Under the pieces are notes generated by a model that saw nothing but the letters and a program-made list of their open reading frames with translations, ran no database searches and was not told where the DNA came from. Shown one piece after another: positions 10,211-23,264 of a stretch of DNA of 64,000 nucleotides (its first letter is position 1; every line of letters begins with the position of its first letter). The position numbers and the translations under genes are program-made. The stretch is from Callorhinchus milii (lineage: Eukaryota), in assembly GCF_018977255.1 (NCBI RefSeq), contig NW_024704742.1:55616001-55680000 (forward strand), given 5' to 3'.

Positions 10211-13030
10211 AAACAACAAAAACAACAAAATTACATTTGTATAGTCCCTTTCAAGTTGGGAGGACATCCAAAGGCGCTGGACAGACAGAGATCAAAGACC
10301 CGAGCTGAGGGTTAGGGTGAGGGCGAGCAAGGCAGGGGATGTGAAGCAGGCTGCAGCCCGCTGAGCGGAGGGAATGAACAGGGTGATAGGGGGTTAGGAG
10401 GTTAGAGAGGTAGGGGGGAGCAAGACCATGGAGGGCTTTGAAGGTGAGAACCAGGATCTTGAACTGTATCCTCTGTGTGATAGGAAACCAGTGGAGTTGG
10501 GCAAGGATGGGGTGATAGGGTCGCAGAGCCTAGTGCGGGAGAGGACATGGGCTGCAGAGTTCTGGATGATCTGCAGCCTGTGGAGGGAGGAGTTGGGGAG
10601 TCCGATGAGCAGTGAGTTTGCATAGTCAAGCCTCGATGTAATAAAGGCATGTATTTCGGTGGCCTGCAGTGTGAGACAGTGGTGGAGCCGGGCGATGTTG
10701 CGGAGGTGGGGGAAAGCAGAGCGGGTCATGGCACAGATGCGGAGTAGAAAGGAAAATTGAAGATCAAACAAGACTCCAATGTTCCAGACTGGCTTAGCAA
10801 GGTGAAGTGGGCAACCATGGATGGTGATGGTGTCAGTGCCTGAGATGAGGAGGCGCTGACGGGAGCCAATCAGGAGAGCCTCGGTCTTGTTGATGTTCAA
10901 ATGAAGAAAGTTAGCTCTCATCCAGGACTTGATGTCTGACAGGCATTCTGTCAGCACAAAGGTGGTCGTGGAGTCAAAGGTGGAGGCAGAGAGGTAGAGT
11001 TGGGTGTCATCCGCATACATGTGGAAGTTGACCCATGTCTGCGGATGATGTCACCAAGAGGGAGCATATAGGTGTTGAAGAGGAGGGGACCAAAGACAGA
11101 GCCCTGAGGAATGCCGCAGGAGACGGTCCGGGAGCTGGAGGGGAAGCCATTTGAGGAGATGAAGTGCAAGATGTGTGAGGGGTAGGATCTGAACCAATCA
11201 AGGACAGTGCCGTGGAGGTTGAGGTGAGAGGAGAGGCGGTGGATGAGGATAGAGTGTTCGACGGTGTCGAAAGCAGCAGAGAGGTCAAGGAAGATGAGGA
11301 GGCAGAGGGAGCCCTGGTCATAGATGGACAGAATGTCATTTGTCACTTTAACCGGGGCGGTTTCTGTGCTGTGGGCGGCACGGAAACCCGATTGGAAGGG
11401 AGAAGGGAGTGGTGGGAGAGGAGGAAGCGAAGCTGAGAAGCAACAGCTCATTCCAAAACCTTGGAGAGGAAGGGGAGGTTGGAGATGGGGCGGTAGTTCG
11501 GAAGTAGAGGAAGATCCAGGGAGGGATTTTTAAGGATCTGAGTGATGACAGCCGTTTTCAAAGAGGGTGGGAACAGTACCAGGAAGAGGTTAACGATGTC
11601 AGTGAGTAGAGGGGCAAGGAGGTGGAGCTGGAAGGTAAGGAGGGAGGTAGGGATGGGATCAAGGGAGCAGATAGTGGGTTTCATATGGGTTATGTTGGTG
11701 ATGAGTGAGGAGGGGGAGACAGGTTCAAAGGTGTGGAGGGTGGGGTGCGTAGGGGCTGAACTGGGAGGAGGAGATCGGGAGTGGATAGCAGATGCTGTAG
11801 CAGAGGCAGCTGAGCTGATTCCCTCGACTTTGGATTTGAGGAAGTCCAGCATCACCTCACAGTTGGCATTTGAGGTGAGGATGGGTGAGGCATGAGAGGG
11901 TGGGCGGAGGAATCGGTTTGTGATCTAGAAGAGGAGCCTGGTGTTGTCCTATGCCTCCAAGATTGTCTTGAAGTAGAATGACGATTTAGCGGAGGTGAGG
12001 GCTGAGCGGTAGGATTTGACATGGTCCAGCCAGATCTGCCGGTGGACAGTTAGGCTTGATTTAAGCCAGGTGCGCTCAGCGGAATGCGCCTGGGCTTTAA
12101 GGGAGTGGAGGTGGCTGATGTACCAAAGTGATTTGTGTGAGTAGGAGACAGTTCGGGAAGAGAGGGAAGCGATGGAATTGAGAGTGGAGGAGAGGGAGCT
12201 GTGGAGAAGCGTGACTGAGGAGGATAGGTCATTGCGGGAAGACGCCCAGAGGGAAAGGAGTTCAGATGACTCCAAGGCAGCAGAGGGGTGTTGGGGGGAT
12301 TTTTTTCCAGGGGCGGTATGAGATGGAGGTGGGTTGGGTGGCAGTGGGGAGATGGATTGAGGAGTTAAGGGAGATGAAGTGATGGTCCGAGATCGCTTTG
12401 TCGATGATGGTGAGGTCCAAGACGGTGAGGCCCCGAGTGACGTGGGTGGCGGAGTGGATGTGGGAGGGAGAGATTGAGGGAGGAGATAGGGGAGGAAAAG
12501 TCAGCAGAGGTAGAGCAGGAGAGGATGAAGTGAAGGTTAAAATTGCCAAGAATAAGGAGGCGTTCAGAGCAAAGGGAAAGGGAAGATAGGAGGGTGGAGA
12601 TAATAATAATAATCCTTAATAATAATCCTTGCATTTGATATAGCGCTTTTCACGTCGGGAGGACGTCCCAAAGCGCTTCACAGAACACACTGTAAAGTGG
12701 GCGAATGCAGCAGCCAATTGCGCACAACAATGTCCCACAAACAGTCGTAGATTGAAAATGACCAATTTATTATTGGTTTTGGTTTTGGAAGGATTATTAT
12801 TAGGAGTGTGGAGTAAGGAAACTTGCCCAAGGTTTCGCCCTGCCTGGAATTGAACTCAGGTCTCTCGCTTGCAAAGCGAGTGCTCTAACCACTGAGCTAC
12901 AGGACCCCACAAATGAGATGTCAGGGATGAAGGTGGGGGAGGGCTTGGGGAGGTGGTAGATAAGGAGAATTTTGAGGAAAAGCTTGGAGGGGTGATAGAA
13001 GGTAAGGTGCTCAAAGGAGGGGAAAGTTCC
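10211..13030 (-). mobile_element. L2 LINE, ~2.8 kb, frameshifted ORF2 (APE endonuclease end, RT, C-terminus), interrupted by a SINE
   Basis: ILGNFNLH and ISDH (APE); [60 protein letters not shown] (RT); RLDYANSLL, IQNSAA; L2 tail at 10211-10280. Confidence 0.95.
12602..12914 (-). mobile_element. Young tRNA-Ala SINE nested in L2
   Basis: Reverse copy of the 1652 element with a ~19 bp internal deletion; flanked by gagat at 12597-12601 and 12915-12919. Confidence 0.95.
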
Positions 13031-14004
13031 AGAGGAGTAATGAGATAAATTAAAGGATACAATGCCAAATTTGGAGAGATTTAGTTTAATTTTTCTCTCA
13101 GTTTGTCTAAATGTTTCCCTAACCCAAATTCAATACAGGTCTGTCTTTGTCTTGGTGAAATATCACTCCAGTGGTGCAGCAAGCAGATTGGTGTCTGGTA
13201 ACATGGAGGCTGAAAATCTCATTGTATCTATTTTGTTTATTTCTTTTCATCTTCATTTTCATTTCAGCTGCCATTGCAATTCTTCAGTGATTACAATGGT
13301 TGTACTCAAATAGATCAGTTGCAACTCACAGCATTAATTCTGCCTGTCACTTTCATATTCCAACCAAGCAAATGACTATTATTGATGATTTCAGTCCTGC
13401 TGGAACAAATCAAATGTCAGTTATGGATGTAACTATTTGGGTTGAACCATAAAGCTCTTAATGCTAGACAGATACTCTGGAACCTTTGCTTTTTATTTTC
13501 AGAGACAAGAAAATAAAATTCTGTAAGATTACTGTGGGTATTTATTTCCTATCAGAGATTGAATAAATTGAGCTGAGGCCATGACATTACAAATGGTTCA
13601 TGGACCACTGGATGGAGCAGTCTTATGGTGTCAATTATTCTATTTTCCTTGGAAGGGTTTTTGACATTGGAATTGGGACTTAAGAAAAAAATTATATAAT
13701 CGTTTATTGGTATTGGTGTTTGAAAATCCAGAATTGTGTTTGTTTGGAAGTTGCAAGGCTTTTGTTTTGCCTTTGTATTTATTACTGCTGACAGAATTCA
13801 TACAGAAACATCCAATTCTGAGCTGCTACTGGCTACTGTGGCTGATATTGTGCTGTATATTACTGTGATGGACAAGCTGAAACCGCTTCATGGAGGATCA
13901 TTAAATATGTAGCCACATGATCAATATTGATTCTTGTCCCCTCCCATCCTCCACACTCAAATTTAAAAATCCAAAGTAGCATTTTTGAATAAAACATCTG
14001 CTGG

Positions 14005-14240
14005 TCTCCATCTGCCTGTTCAAGCGGATGTTAAAGATTCCATGGAACTATTCAAAAAGAGAAGGGATTTCTGCTGGTGTCCTGCCCAACAATCCCCCAA
14101 ATAAAATGAGTCATTCACTTACTGGTTGTTTGTGAGACATTGCTGGGTGCCTACAAAATATACTGCAGGCAGTTTACAATTAATCCTACAAAGCATTTTG
14201 ACTCTGATGTGCAGAGCATTGTATGAAATGAAGGATTATT
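14005..14240 (+). mobile_element. Deu-domain SINE, truncated
   Basis: ccatctgcctgttcaagcggatgttaaagattccatggaactattc through the SINE tail. Confidence 0.75.
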
Positions 14241-14272
14241 CTTATTCTGATCATAACTCCATCCCCTCCCAT

Positions 14273-14273
14273 G

Positions 14274-14317
<44 letters not shown>

Positions 14318-14622
14318 CCTTGCATTTGATATAGCGCTTTTCATGTCGGGAGGACGTCCCAAAGCGCTTCACAGAATATACTGTAAAGTGAATTGACTGT
14401 ATATTTGTGGGAGAACGCGGCAGCCAATTGCGCACAGCAATGTCCCACAAACAGTCGTAGATTGAAAATGACCAATTTATTATTGTTTTTGGTTTTGGAG
14501 GGATTATTATTAGGAGTGTGGAGTAAGGAAACTTGCCCAAGGTTTCGCCCTCTGCTTGGAATTGAACTCAGGTCTCTCACTTGTAAAGCGAGTGCTCTAA
14601 CCACTGAGCTACAGGACTCCAC
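14273..14622 (-). mobile_element. Young tRNA-Ala SINE with long (ATT)n tail
   Basis: Reverse near-identical copy of the 1652 element; about 15 TAA units at 14273-14317. Confidence 0.95.
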
Positions 14623-15534
14623 ATACAGTTGTTTCTGGAAAGGATATATGATACAGTTGTTTCTGGAAAGGAGAAATTTTGTGAGTATGGTGGGAGGAGG
14701 ATGGTGGGAAAAAGATAAGGAATAAACAAAAAAATTAATGAATTCTGAGCAGCTACAGTCATGTTCACTTTAAATACCAATTAAATACAATTAGCTTAAA
14801 ATATAAGAGTTTTATCAAACAAGCCTGTCCCAGTTGCTTCATTAACAGCAGTTTCTCAACTCTGGTGCAATCATAATGGTTGAATTTTGGCACCTATCAC
14901 AGAATTCTAGGTACGGTATCTCTTGAGTTTAACTCATTGATGACAATTCATTTTAAGGTCCATTGATAACAAAAGCGACAACAACATTTATATAGCTCCC
15001 TTCCTGTAAGAAAATAGTTCGGAACACTTCACAATGGCGGGGTTGGATGCCGAGCAAGGGAGAAGAGGTAGGTTTTAAGATGGGATTTAAATATAGATGG
15101 AGAAGAGGAGAAGCAGAGGGGGAGAGACAGAGCATTCCAATGGTCACGGGTGCAAATGATTGAATGCTTGGCCACAGAAGTGTAATTTATGCATTAATAG
15201 CATAATAATTAGAATACAAATTAATTTAAATAACTTTTAATTGGTTCCACATGATATGTCATTATGATCGAATGGGTTATTACCTTCATAGTTCAAATTT
15301 ACTGAATATGGAGAAATAACCCTGTTATTATCAAGCTAATACTCTGTAATTTTGCTGCAATGTTTGTTGCAGAAAGTGTGCAAGTGAAATACAATTAGGT
15401 TGGAATGAAACGAATGGAAATGGATAGAAAGTTTGTAGAAAAATTCTAACCACATTCACCTCTGTATATAATTATACTTGTTATACATGGGGCCACCAAA
15501 TAGTGGCTGTCCTCCTTGGGATGGGGGAGGGGTG

Positions 15535-15650
15535 GGTAAGTGGGTCTGCAATATTCCGGGACACTGTTGATGACAGTCCAGCCAGCCTGGCTCATCGGCA
15601 GGACTTAGAAGGACAGACCAGTCACTGGGAACAGGGATTCTTCCCACTCA
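15535..15650 (+). repeat. Repeat family X, internal fragment
   Basis: gtgggtctgcaatattccgggacactgttgatgacagtccagccagcctggctcatcggcaggactt...cttcccactca matches the reverse of 63350-63465 and 26040-26110. Confidence 0.75.
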
Positions 15651-15689
15651 AATATGCTCAATATTTTTGAGGTGGCAACCTACCTCCAG

Positions 15690-16050
15690 TGAGTAGCATT
15701 TTCATCCCTGAGTCAAAAGGCTGTGGGTTTGAATCCCATATTGGGACTTTGAACTCACATAATCTAGATTGACACTCTAATACAGTGCTAGACGAGCATT
15801 GCATTATTGGAGGTGCTGTCCTTTGGAAGAGATGTTAAACTTATGTTAAACGCATTTGTACGTTCAGGTGAACACTAAAAATCCCACAATGTTCAAAAGA
15901 AGGTAGCTTTTCCCAGTGTTCTGGCCAACAATTCAAAATACACAATGCAAAATACACAGTAACTATAATTCATAGTAAAAAATCCTGTGAAAAGCTTTAA
16001 GCTGTTTTGATGATATTATAAAGCAGCATATCAAATGCAAGGAATATTAA
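15690..16050 (+). mobile_element. Deu-domain SINE, degraded
   Basis: gagtagcattttcatccctgagtcaaaaggctgtgggtttgaatccc head, core and tail. Confidence 0.75.
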
Positions 16051-18199
16051 CAGTTATTCGTCACAGATTCCTTTTATGAACATATTCTATTATCCTGTTC
16101 TAGACAAAGAGGTGCACTATTTTACATTTCAAATGAAGCAATGTTATATCTACAGCAAGTAAACAATTCAAGTAAGGTGAAGCTCGTGTTAAATACTTTA
16201 GTAGTGAAACAATGGGATGGCTTCAGTGGAAACCTAATTTAATACACTTCCCACATAATTGAAAATTTTCCTGCTGAGACACCATGAAGTCATCTGAACT
16301 CAGAAATCCACCTGCTAGAATCTGAATAGCAAACAAAAGCAAATCACTGTACTTCTATTTGAACTTATTAGCTGCTGGTGAAGAGAGCTAACAGTGGAAT
16401 CTTTTGCACTCCAACCTAACAACGACCAAATTAAATTTATAGAGCGCCTTTCACGTCGGGAGGACGTCCCAAAGTGCTGAAACATGGATGTAGCAGACTT
16501 CAGAGACATCTCAACATCCAAAAGGGTATCAAATTACATCAGCTCAAACAGCAAGGAGATCACAGAGGCTATACGTAAGGCTGGCTCCTGTAATTCTCCC
16601 CACTTGCAGAGTTGACTCGATTCTGACATTCTATTGCCAAGTGCATCACCTTGGAGCCAGTTCAGCTCCAAAGAGTTACCTTCCCAAAAGAAGATGGTCA
16701 CTAGTTAGTATTTGACATCTGATAAGGTCAGGGTTGAGCCCTCACTAGGAGGATAATAGGTACCAGGAACTCCCTATGAGCTTCCTGTTGAGCAGCACAG
16801 TTCAGTAAGAAATGAGTTGGGAGGAATGGTAAGTATTTTGGAAGAATGAGATCAAATGTGCCGAAGGGCCTTCTTCTCTGAATCTCTCTTGTGATCTTGT
16901 GATAAATGGTTTTAAAGTAAACAGCTCCATCTGTTCCATTCTGTTCAGTTTGTCTCCACGTTTCACCACATCTGCATTACGCTGGCTGATTGCTGTTTAA
17001 ACAAAAAATAAAATATTCTGCTTGTGCAATTGCCCACAAATTCTGCTGTAAGTATGCAGTTTACATGCTAGCCAAAATATAACAGCAAGTAATGACTTAG
17101 GGCTGCCCTGGTGGGAGGCAACAATGTTAAGCAAGGACTTTGACTCAATCCATACGCATGGCTTTGAGTAGCAACCTCATTTTATAATAACAGCTGTCAT
17201 TATAAATACTTTTACTGGTGTGTCTGACTTCAGTTGTTAAATTCTGAAATGATTTCACTGTACAAAGGATGGAATCCAACACCTGACCCTCTGGATGTGC
17301 TGCTGCAGTTGGCATGGCACATACAGGTTTTCAATTTTGTTCTCTCCTGCAGCATTTTTCCTGGGTGGTATTTGACAGTAATGTTTTACTTTGTTCATTT
17401 TTAGCTCTTTTCTCTCAGAACTGACCTCAGGGGTTTCAATCCTTTATTTGATCTTTTTTTCCTCTCTTTTGAGGCTCATTTTATCAAATTGTGTTTAATA
17501 TTTAAGTTTTTCTTGTTAGGTTCAAATGGGAAGCCAGCCTGAGGTTATGTTCACAAGCTAAACCAGTTTGCCTATCCTTTATTTTCACTTCTCATGTCAA
17601 TAACTCATTGCAGGCCCCTTACCTGCCTTATTTATTTTTTCTCTCTCTCCTCTGATTTTCTCTCTTTCCTGACTCATCTCCTTAAGGCTTTTGACCGATT
17701 TATCTTTCTACTGTGGTTAGCTTCCTTGGGTGCCAGTCACTCAAGAAGCTATTATTCATGAAGAAATCTGAACACTGTGACCATATCCTGAAGCAGACGA
17801 CAATTTATTGCAACCCTTATAATCACAGCCCAGCAAGAGACTAGCTACCAAGAGGATCTACTAGAATCTCCTCCAGTTTGCAAGCAGGGTAACTTTCCCT
17901 CTGGCATCTGTGAGAGAATTGCACAAATTATAATGCCGATTATTTGAACATTAATGCTGAGTTGCGTGACATTTAGCAAACATACAAAACCTGTGGCACC
18001 AGTGAATGTGAAATTCTGTGAACAGAGACACAGTTCTCCCTCAAGGACATGGCATTGCTGGAAATTCCTAACCAGGAGATGAGAGATGTAGCTTACTATT
18101 GTTCTTAGGGACAAAGAGTGACAGAAGAGAGTGATCTTGTCCAACTGCTTATGTTAGCAATTAAAATAGTACTTGTCTTTATAAATTATAAATCTGTCC

Positions 18200-18430
18200 A
18201 TCAGATGAGACATTAAATCAAGGCCCTGTCAGATGAACATTAAAGATCCCATGGCACTACTCGAAAAGAGAAGGAAGTTTCTCCCAGTGCCCTGGCAAAC
18301 AATTTCCTAGATAAAATTGACGATTCATTTCATTGCTGCATTTGCCTCAAATACCCGGTCACTTCCCTTTACAGTAAATCTTGTGAAACATTTTGGGAAG
18401 GATGTACTGTAAAATGCAAGGATTATTATA
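18200..18430 (+). mobile_element. Deu-domain SINE fragment
   Basis: gatgagacattaaatcaaggcc...aaagatcccatggcactactcgaa...aatgcaaggattatt. Confidence 0.75.
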
Positions 18431-18919
18431 ATAGAAGAATGATGATCCAAATGATCATTGAAGAAAAATACTACACTTTCTTTCAGCTGATAAGACCGGG
18501 AATGTCAGCAAGGGTCTGATCAGTAGGGACAAGCAAGAGTGCCAATAGCTTGAGAAAGCAACCAAAGGGTGAGATTTATAACGCTATTTGAAACACTTAT
18601 TGCATTATGTGACAGCTAGAAAGTAAAGTTATTAATATACTTGAACTTTCCAATTTAATAAAGTTTCTCACATGATGCAATTAAAGGGGATTGAGTTATA
18701 TAGGATTAATGGGAAACTGGCTCTCTGGATTGAATATTGACTTCCAATAAAAAGGTGAAGGTGATGTAAAAGGAAAAGGCTGTTATTATTAAGGAATCCA
18801 GTTAAAAAGTACTGTAAATTAGACTCCAATATATAGGCTATAGAATTGTTTAAAAAATTGCTGATGGTACTAAACTATGTGTCCAGGGGATGAGATAAGG
18901 GAAGTTGACAGTATTAAAT

Positions 18920-19200
18920 GTGTTAGCCTGGCTTAGTTGGTAGCATTCTCATATCAGAAGGTCATAGTTTCAAGCCCCTTGTCAACACTCTGAAACAGTG
19001 AGGGAGCACCTCATTGTTAGAGGTACCATTCTTCAAATGAGATGTTAAAACCGAGGATCCGTTTACCTGTTGAGGTGGATGTCAAAGTTCCCATTACACG
19101 ATATAAGAAGGGAAATTTCTCTAGTTGTTTCTGGGCCACTGATGTGCACAAATTGGTTGCTGCATTCATGTATAAACACACAGTCACTACACTTGGATAT
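18920..19200 (+). mobile_element. Deu-domain SINE, degraded
   Basis: ttagcctggcttagttggtagcattctc head; gagatgttaaaaccgagg core. Confidence 0.7.
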
Positions 19201-19442
19201 TTCCCCATGACATGGCACTAGATCCCTGAACTACAGACATTAACAGTACAAAAGGCCATTTACTGCATTGTGTCTAGGCTGGCTTTTTAAAAGAGCAATC
19301 CTTTCAGTCCCATTTACCTTCTAGTTCCCTTTTGAAAGCTGCATTTTGTTTCAAACTATTTCATAAACACTCTGTGAGGGAAACAAAATTTCTTAACCTT
19401 CCCATTTGGCCATTCACTAGTTATCTTTAATTAGCACAATAT

Positions 19443-20296
19443 AAAATTACATTTGTAAAGTGCCTTTCAGGTCAGGAGAACATCCCACAGGGATCAGGTC
19501 CCGAGCTGAATGGGGATTGGGATCAGGGAGGGTGGAGGGCGTAGAGGTAGGTTGAAGGCACGGTCGAAGAGGAGGGTCAAGGCGTGACTTGTAGGAGGCA
19601 AGGGAGGGAGTGAGATGAAGAAAATGTGGGATGGAGTACTGAGGTGGGGGCAGAGAGGTCGAAGGCTTGACCACGGTGGGGCGCGCCGAGTGGGGGACAT
19701 GGAGCAGGCTGGAGCCTAATGAGCGGTGGGAGCAGACAGGTTGATAAGTAGTTAGCAGGTTGGAGAATTAGGAAGGGGCAAAGCCATGGAGGTCCTTGAA
19801 GTTGAGGACGAGAATTTTTATCTCAATCCTCTGAGGGATGGGGAGCCAGTGGAGATGGGGGAGGGTGGAGGTGATGGGGTCATGGAGCCTGGGAGAGGAC
19901 ATGAGCTGCAGAGTTCTGGATGATCTGTAGCTTGTGGAGAGAAGATTTGGGAAGGCTGTCAAGCAGGACGTTGGCATAGTCGAGCCTGGTTGTAATAAAA
20001 GCATGTATGAGGGTTTCGGAGGCCTGGGGGATGAGGCAGTGGCAGACTCTGGCAATGTTGTGGAGGTGGGTGAAGGCAGAGTGGGTCATGATACGGATGT
20101 GGGGGAGAAAGTACAGTTGAGGGTTGAACAAGATGCCTAAGTTCCTGACTGGCTTGGTGAGGTGGACTGCACATCCTTGGATGCTGATGGTGTCAGCGCC
20201 TGGGATGTGGAGGCACTGGTGTGAGCCAATCAGGAGAGCCTCGGTCTTGCTGTAGGAAGATGGCTCTCATCCAGGACTTGATGTCTGACAGGCATC
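19443..20296 (-). mobile_element. L2 LINE 3' fragment
   Basis: ETLIHAFITTRLDYANVLL, KLQIIQNSAA, LHWLPIPQRIEIKIL; L2 tail. Confidence 0.93.
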
Positions 20297-21669
20297 AAGA
20301 CATCAAGTTGTCTGACTGATGGCCTCTAATCACTCATATAAATCTATAAATGTTATTATTAGTATTATTTTGGAGCTCCTCTATGGCCTAATATTAATAA
20401 TAATCTTTGCATTTGATATAGCAGTGCCTTGCGATGTCCTCCCGACATGAAAGGCACTTTACAAATGTAATTTTGTTGTTATGTTGTTGTAGCAACTTAT
20501 TACGTCTTCAAGACATTTCAAAGCACTTCACAGAATATACTGTAAAGTGAATTGACTGTATATTTTGTGGGCGAAACAGGCACTACCCACTGGGTGCAAG
20601 CCATACAGACTGGAATTTAAATCTTGTTCTGTGCTAGTCAGCTGATCTCAGCCACTCAGTATTTAGGAAACTGCAATTGGACACATCTATTAATGCCTGG
20701 CATTAAATTCAAGATGTCATATATTTTATTTTCTATAATAAGGTTACATTTAGAGTCAATGTGTATACCGGAATAGTTTGCAATTTTGCTTCAGCCTCAG
20801 GGTTTGGGAGATTCATGGCAAACCATCTCATCCACAACCTGTTCCACAAATTCTGGTTTTCTCACTTGTTCTCTAAGTTGTCCATTGCTGATATTCTTGG
20901 ATGTTATTGTTAAATCTAAGATAAAGCATCGAAGTGCTAATTATTAGCATCTCAAGTGATAATTTACCAAAACATAGTTTGAAATACCAAAGTTGTTTGA
21001 TTGTGCATGGTAAATTATTGTGTAGGAATGGTGAAAATATTGCTCTCGTAGCTGATTAGTAAACCATTGTGAGTCACACATACAGTATTTAACAGCAAAA
21101 TGAACTTGATGTGTACATTTGGGATGATTCCACCCGTTGACGTTTATTTGCAGCAAAGCATAATTGAAGCATACAGATACAAATGAATTAGTCAGAAAGA
21201 CACTCAAATTAATTATACTCTCCAAAATAATAAGCTGGAGCTAAATGAACATAAGCAATATATGTTTATCTCTCTCGCTGTTCTTTTTTATTTTTCTAGT
21301 CAGCCTTCTTTGTCTTTCAGCTCACTGATCTCTTTCTCTGCCTCTCTCTCTTACTTTTTCTTTGCATACCTCATCATTTATCTTTCATAGCTTATCTTGT
21401 CTTAAACATACTTTGGACTTCAGCCTTTTCTCTCTTTATCCCCACTTCTCCTTTATCATACAATGTGTTTCCTCCTCTCACTTTTTCTTCTGCCCGCTGA
21501 CTTCTTTTTCTTTTCAGATTTAGACTGACATTCATTGCTGGACATGGTATATTAGGACATTAGCAATTCAATGAAACCTGTATGAACATAGAAAGGAAGT
21601 GGCTCTATGTTACTGTACTCCTGAAGCAAGAGTCCTTTTCCATTAAGACAAAACGTACGAGACAAACCA

Positions 21670-21815
21670 CAGTAACTCAAGGGCATCATCTCTACAAAAC
21701 AAGCAGAGGTTAGAATTTTTTTTTACACACAGAGGACACAGAATGCCCTACCAAAAGCGGTGATTGAAGCAGAATCCCATAATAGATTTAAAAAGTATTT
21801 TGGACAAATGTTTAC
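21670..21815 (+). mobile_element. CR1 LINE 3' fragment, degraded
   Basis: ttttacacacagagg...aatgccctaccaaaagcggtgattgaagcaga...atttaaaaagtattttggac resembles the CR1 ORF2 C-terminus. Confidence 0.6.
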
Positions 21816-21821
21816 TTTTGT

Positions 21822-23255
21822 TTACCAACTCCAACTGCAAGCAGATGCTGGATTTCCTCGAGACCAAAATTGAAGGGGTTCGTTCAGCCGACTCCGCACT
21901 CCCAACCGCCACCCCCTCCCCATCTCTCCCTCACACTCCAGCCCCTACCCATCCCTCCCTCCACACATTCAAACCTGTCTCCCCCTGCTCTCTCACCACC
22001 ACTTTAACCCACATGAAGCCCACCACCTGCTCCCTCGAACCCATCCCTTCCCCTTTCCTTACCGCTCAGCTCTAGCTCCTCGCCCCTTTCCTCTCAGATC
22101 TCGTCAACCTCTTCCTGTCAACTAGCATCATTCCCACCCCCTAAAAACAGCTGTCATCACCACAATCCCCCAAAAAACCCTCCCCGGATCCATCGCTGCT
22201 CATTAACTACTGCCCCATCTCCAACCTCTCTTTCCTTTTCAAAGTCCTTGAAAGCGTTGTTGCTTTCCAGCTTCACTCCTTCTTCTCCTTCCAATTCCTT
22301 TAGGAACTCCTCCAATCTGGTGTCCAGACTGCCCACAGCCCTGGTCAAGATGACAAATGACATTCTGTCCATCTGTGATCAGGGCTCCCTCTGTCTCCTT
22401 GTCCTTCGTGATCTCTCTGCTGCCTTTGACACTGTGGATTACTCTATCCTCCTCCACCACTCCTCCTCTCACATTAACTTCAAGGTTGTGTTCATGAATG
22501 GTTGAGATCCTATCTCTCACAACTGTTCCACTTTGTCTCCACAAATGGCTTCTCCTCCAGCCAACGCAGGAGGATCTATCCTCGGCCCTTTCCTCTTCAA
22601 CCTATACATGCTTCCTCTTGGTGACATCATCCGCAGACATGGGGTCAACTTCCACATGTATGCAGATGACATCTAACTCTGTCTCTGTGCCTCCACTCTT
22701 GATCTCAGGACTACTGATGTCCTGACAGAATATCTGTCAGATATCAAGCCCTGGATGAGAGCCAACTTTCTACAGTTGAATGTCAGCAAAATCGAGGCCC
22801 TCATGATTGGCTCGCACCAGCGCCTCTGCATCTCAGGCACTGGTAGTATCAGCATCCACAGATTCATATTCCACCTCACTAAGTCAGTCAGGAAGTTAGG
22901 CATCTTGTTCAACCTTCAACTGTCTTTTCTCCCGAACATCCATGCCATGATCCATTCTGCCTTCCCCCACTTCTGCAAGGTTGCCTGACTCCGCCACTGC
23001 CTCATCCGTCAGGCTGCCGAAACCCTCATACATGTCTTCATTACAATCAGACTCGACTATGTCAAAGCCCTGCTTTTTGGCCTTCCCAACTCTTCTCTCC
23101 ACAAGCTGCAGATCATCCAGAACTCTGCAGCTCAAGTCCTCTCCCAACCAAGCTCCATGACCCCATCACAGCCACCCTCGCCTGGCTCCACTGGCTTCCC
23201 ATCCCACAAAGGATACAGTTCAAGATCCTGGTCCTCACCTTCAAAGCCCTCAATG
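21822..23255 (+). mobile_element. L2 LINE internal fragment (RT region)
   Basis: [29 protein letters not shown], atgtatgcagatgac (MYADD), MRANFLQLNVSKIEA; colinear with the 10211-13030 copy. Confidence 0.93.
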
Positions 23256-23264
23256 GTCAATGGT

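Noticed and set aside
10394..12634. RT and endonuclease ORFs as a functional gene or novel RT system
   Set aside because: Ordinary L2 ORF2 broken by frameshifts, stops and a SINE insertion.
14623..14672. 22 bp direct repeat beside a SINE as its TSD
   Set aside because: Both units (14623-14644, 14651-14672) lie on the same side of the SINE; a simple local tandem duplication.
14151..14725. Recurring ORFs (MGKFPYS..., ESCSSVVRALALQ...) as a small-protein gene family
   Set aside because: They are translations of the SINE consensus at each copy; poly-Y and poly-N come from the (ATT)n tail.
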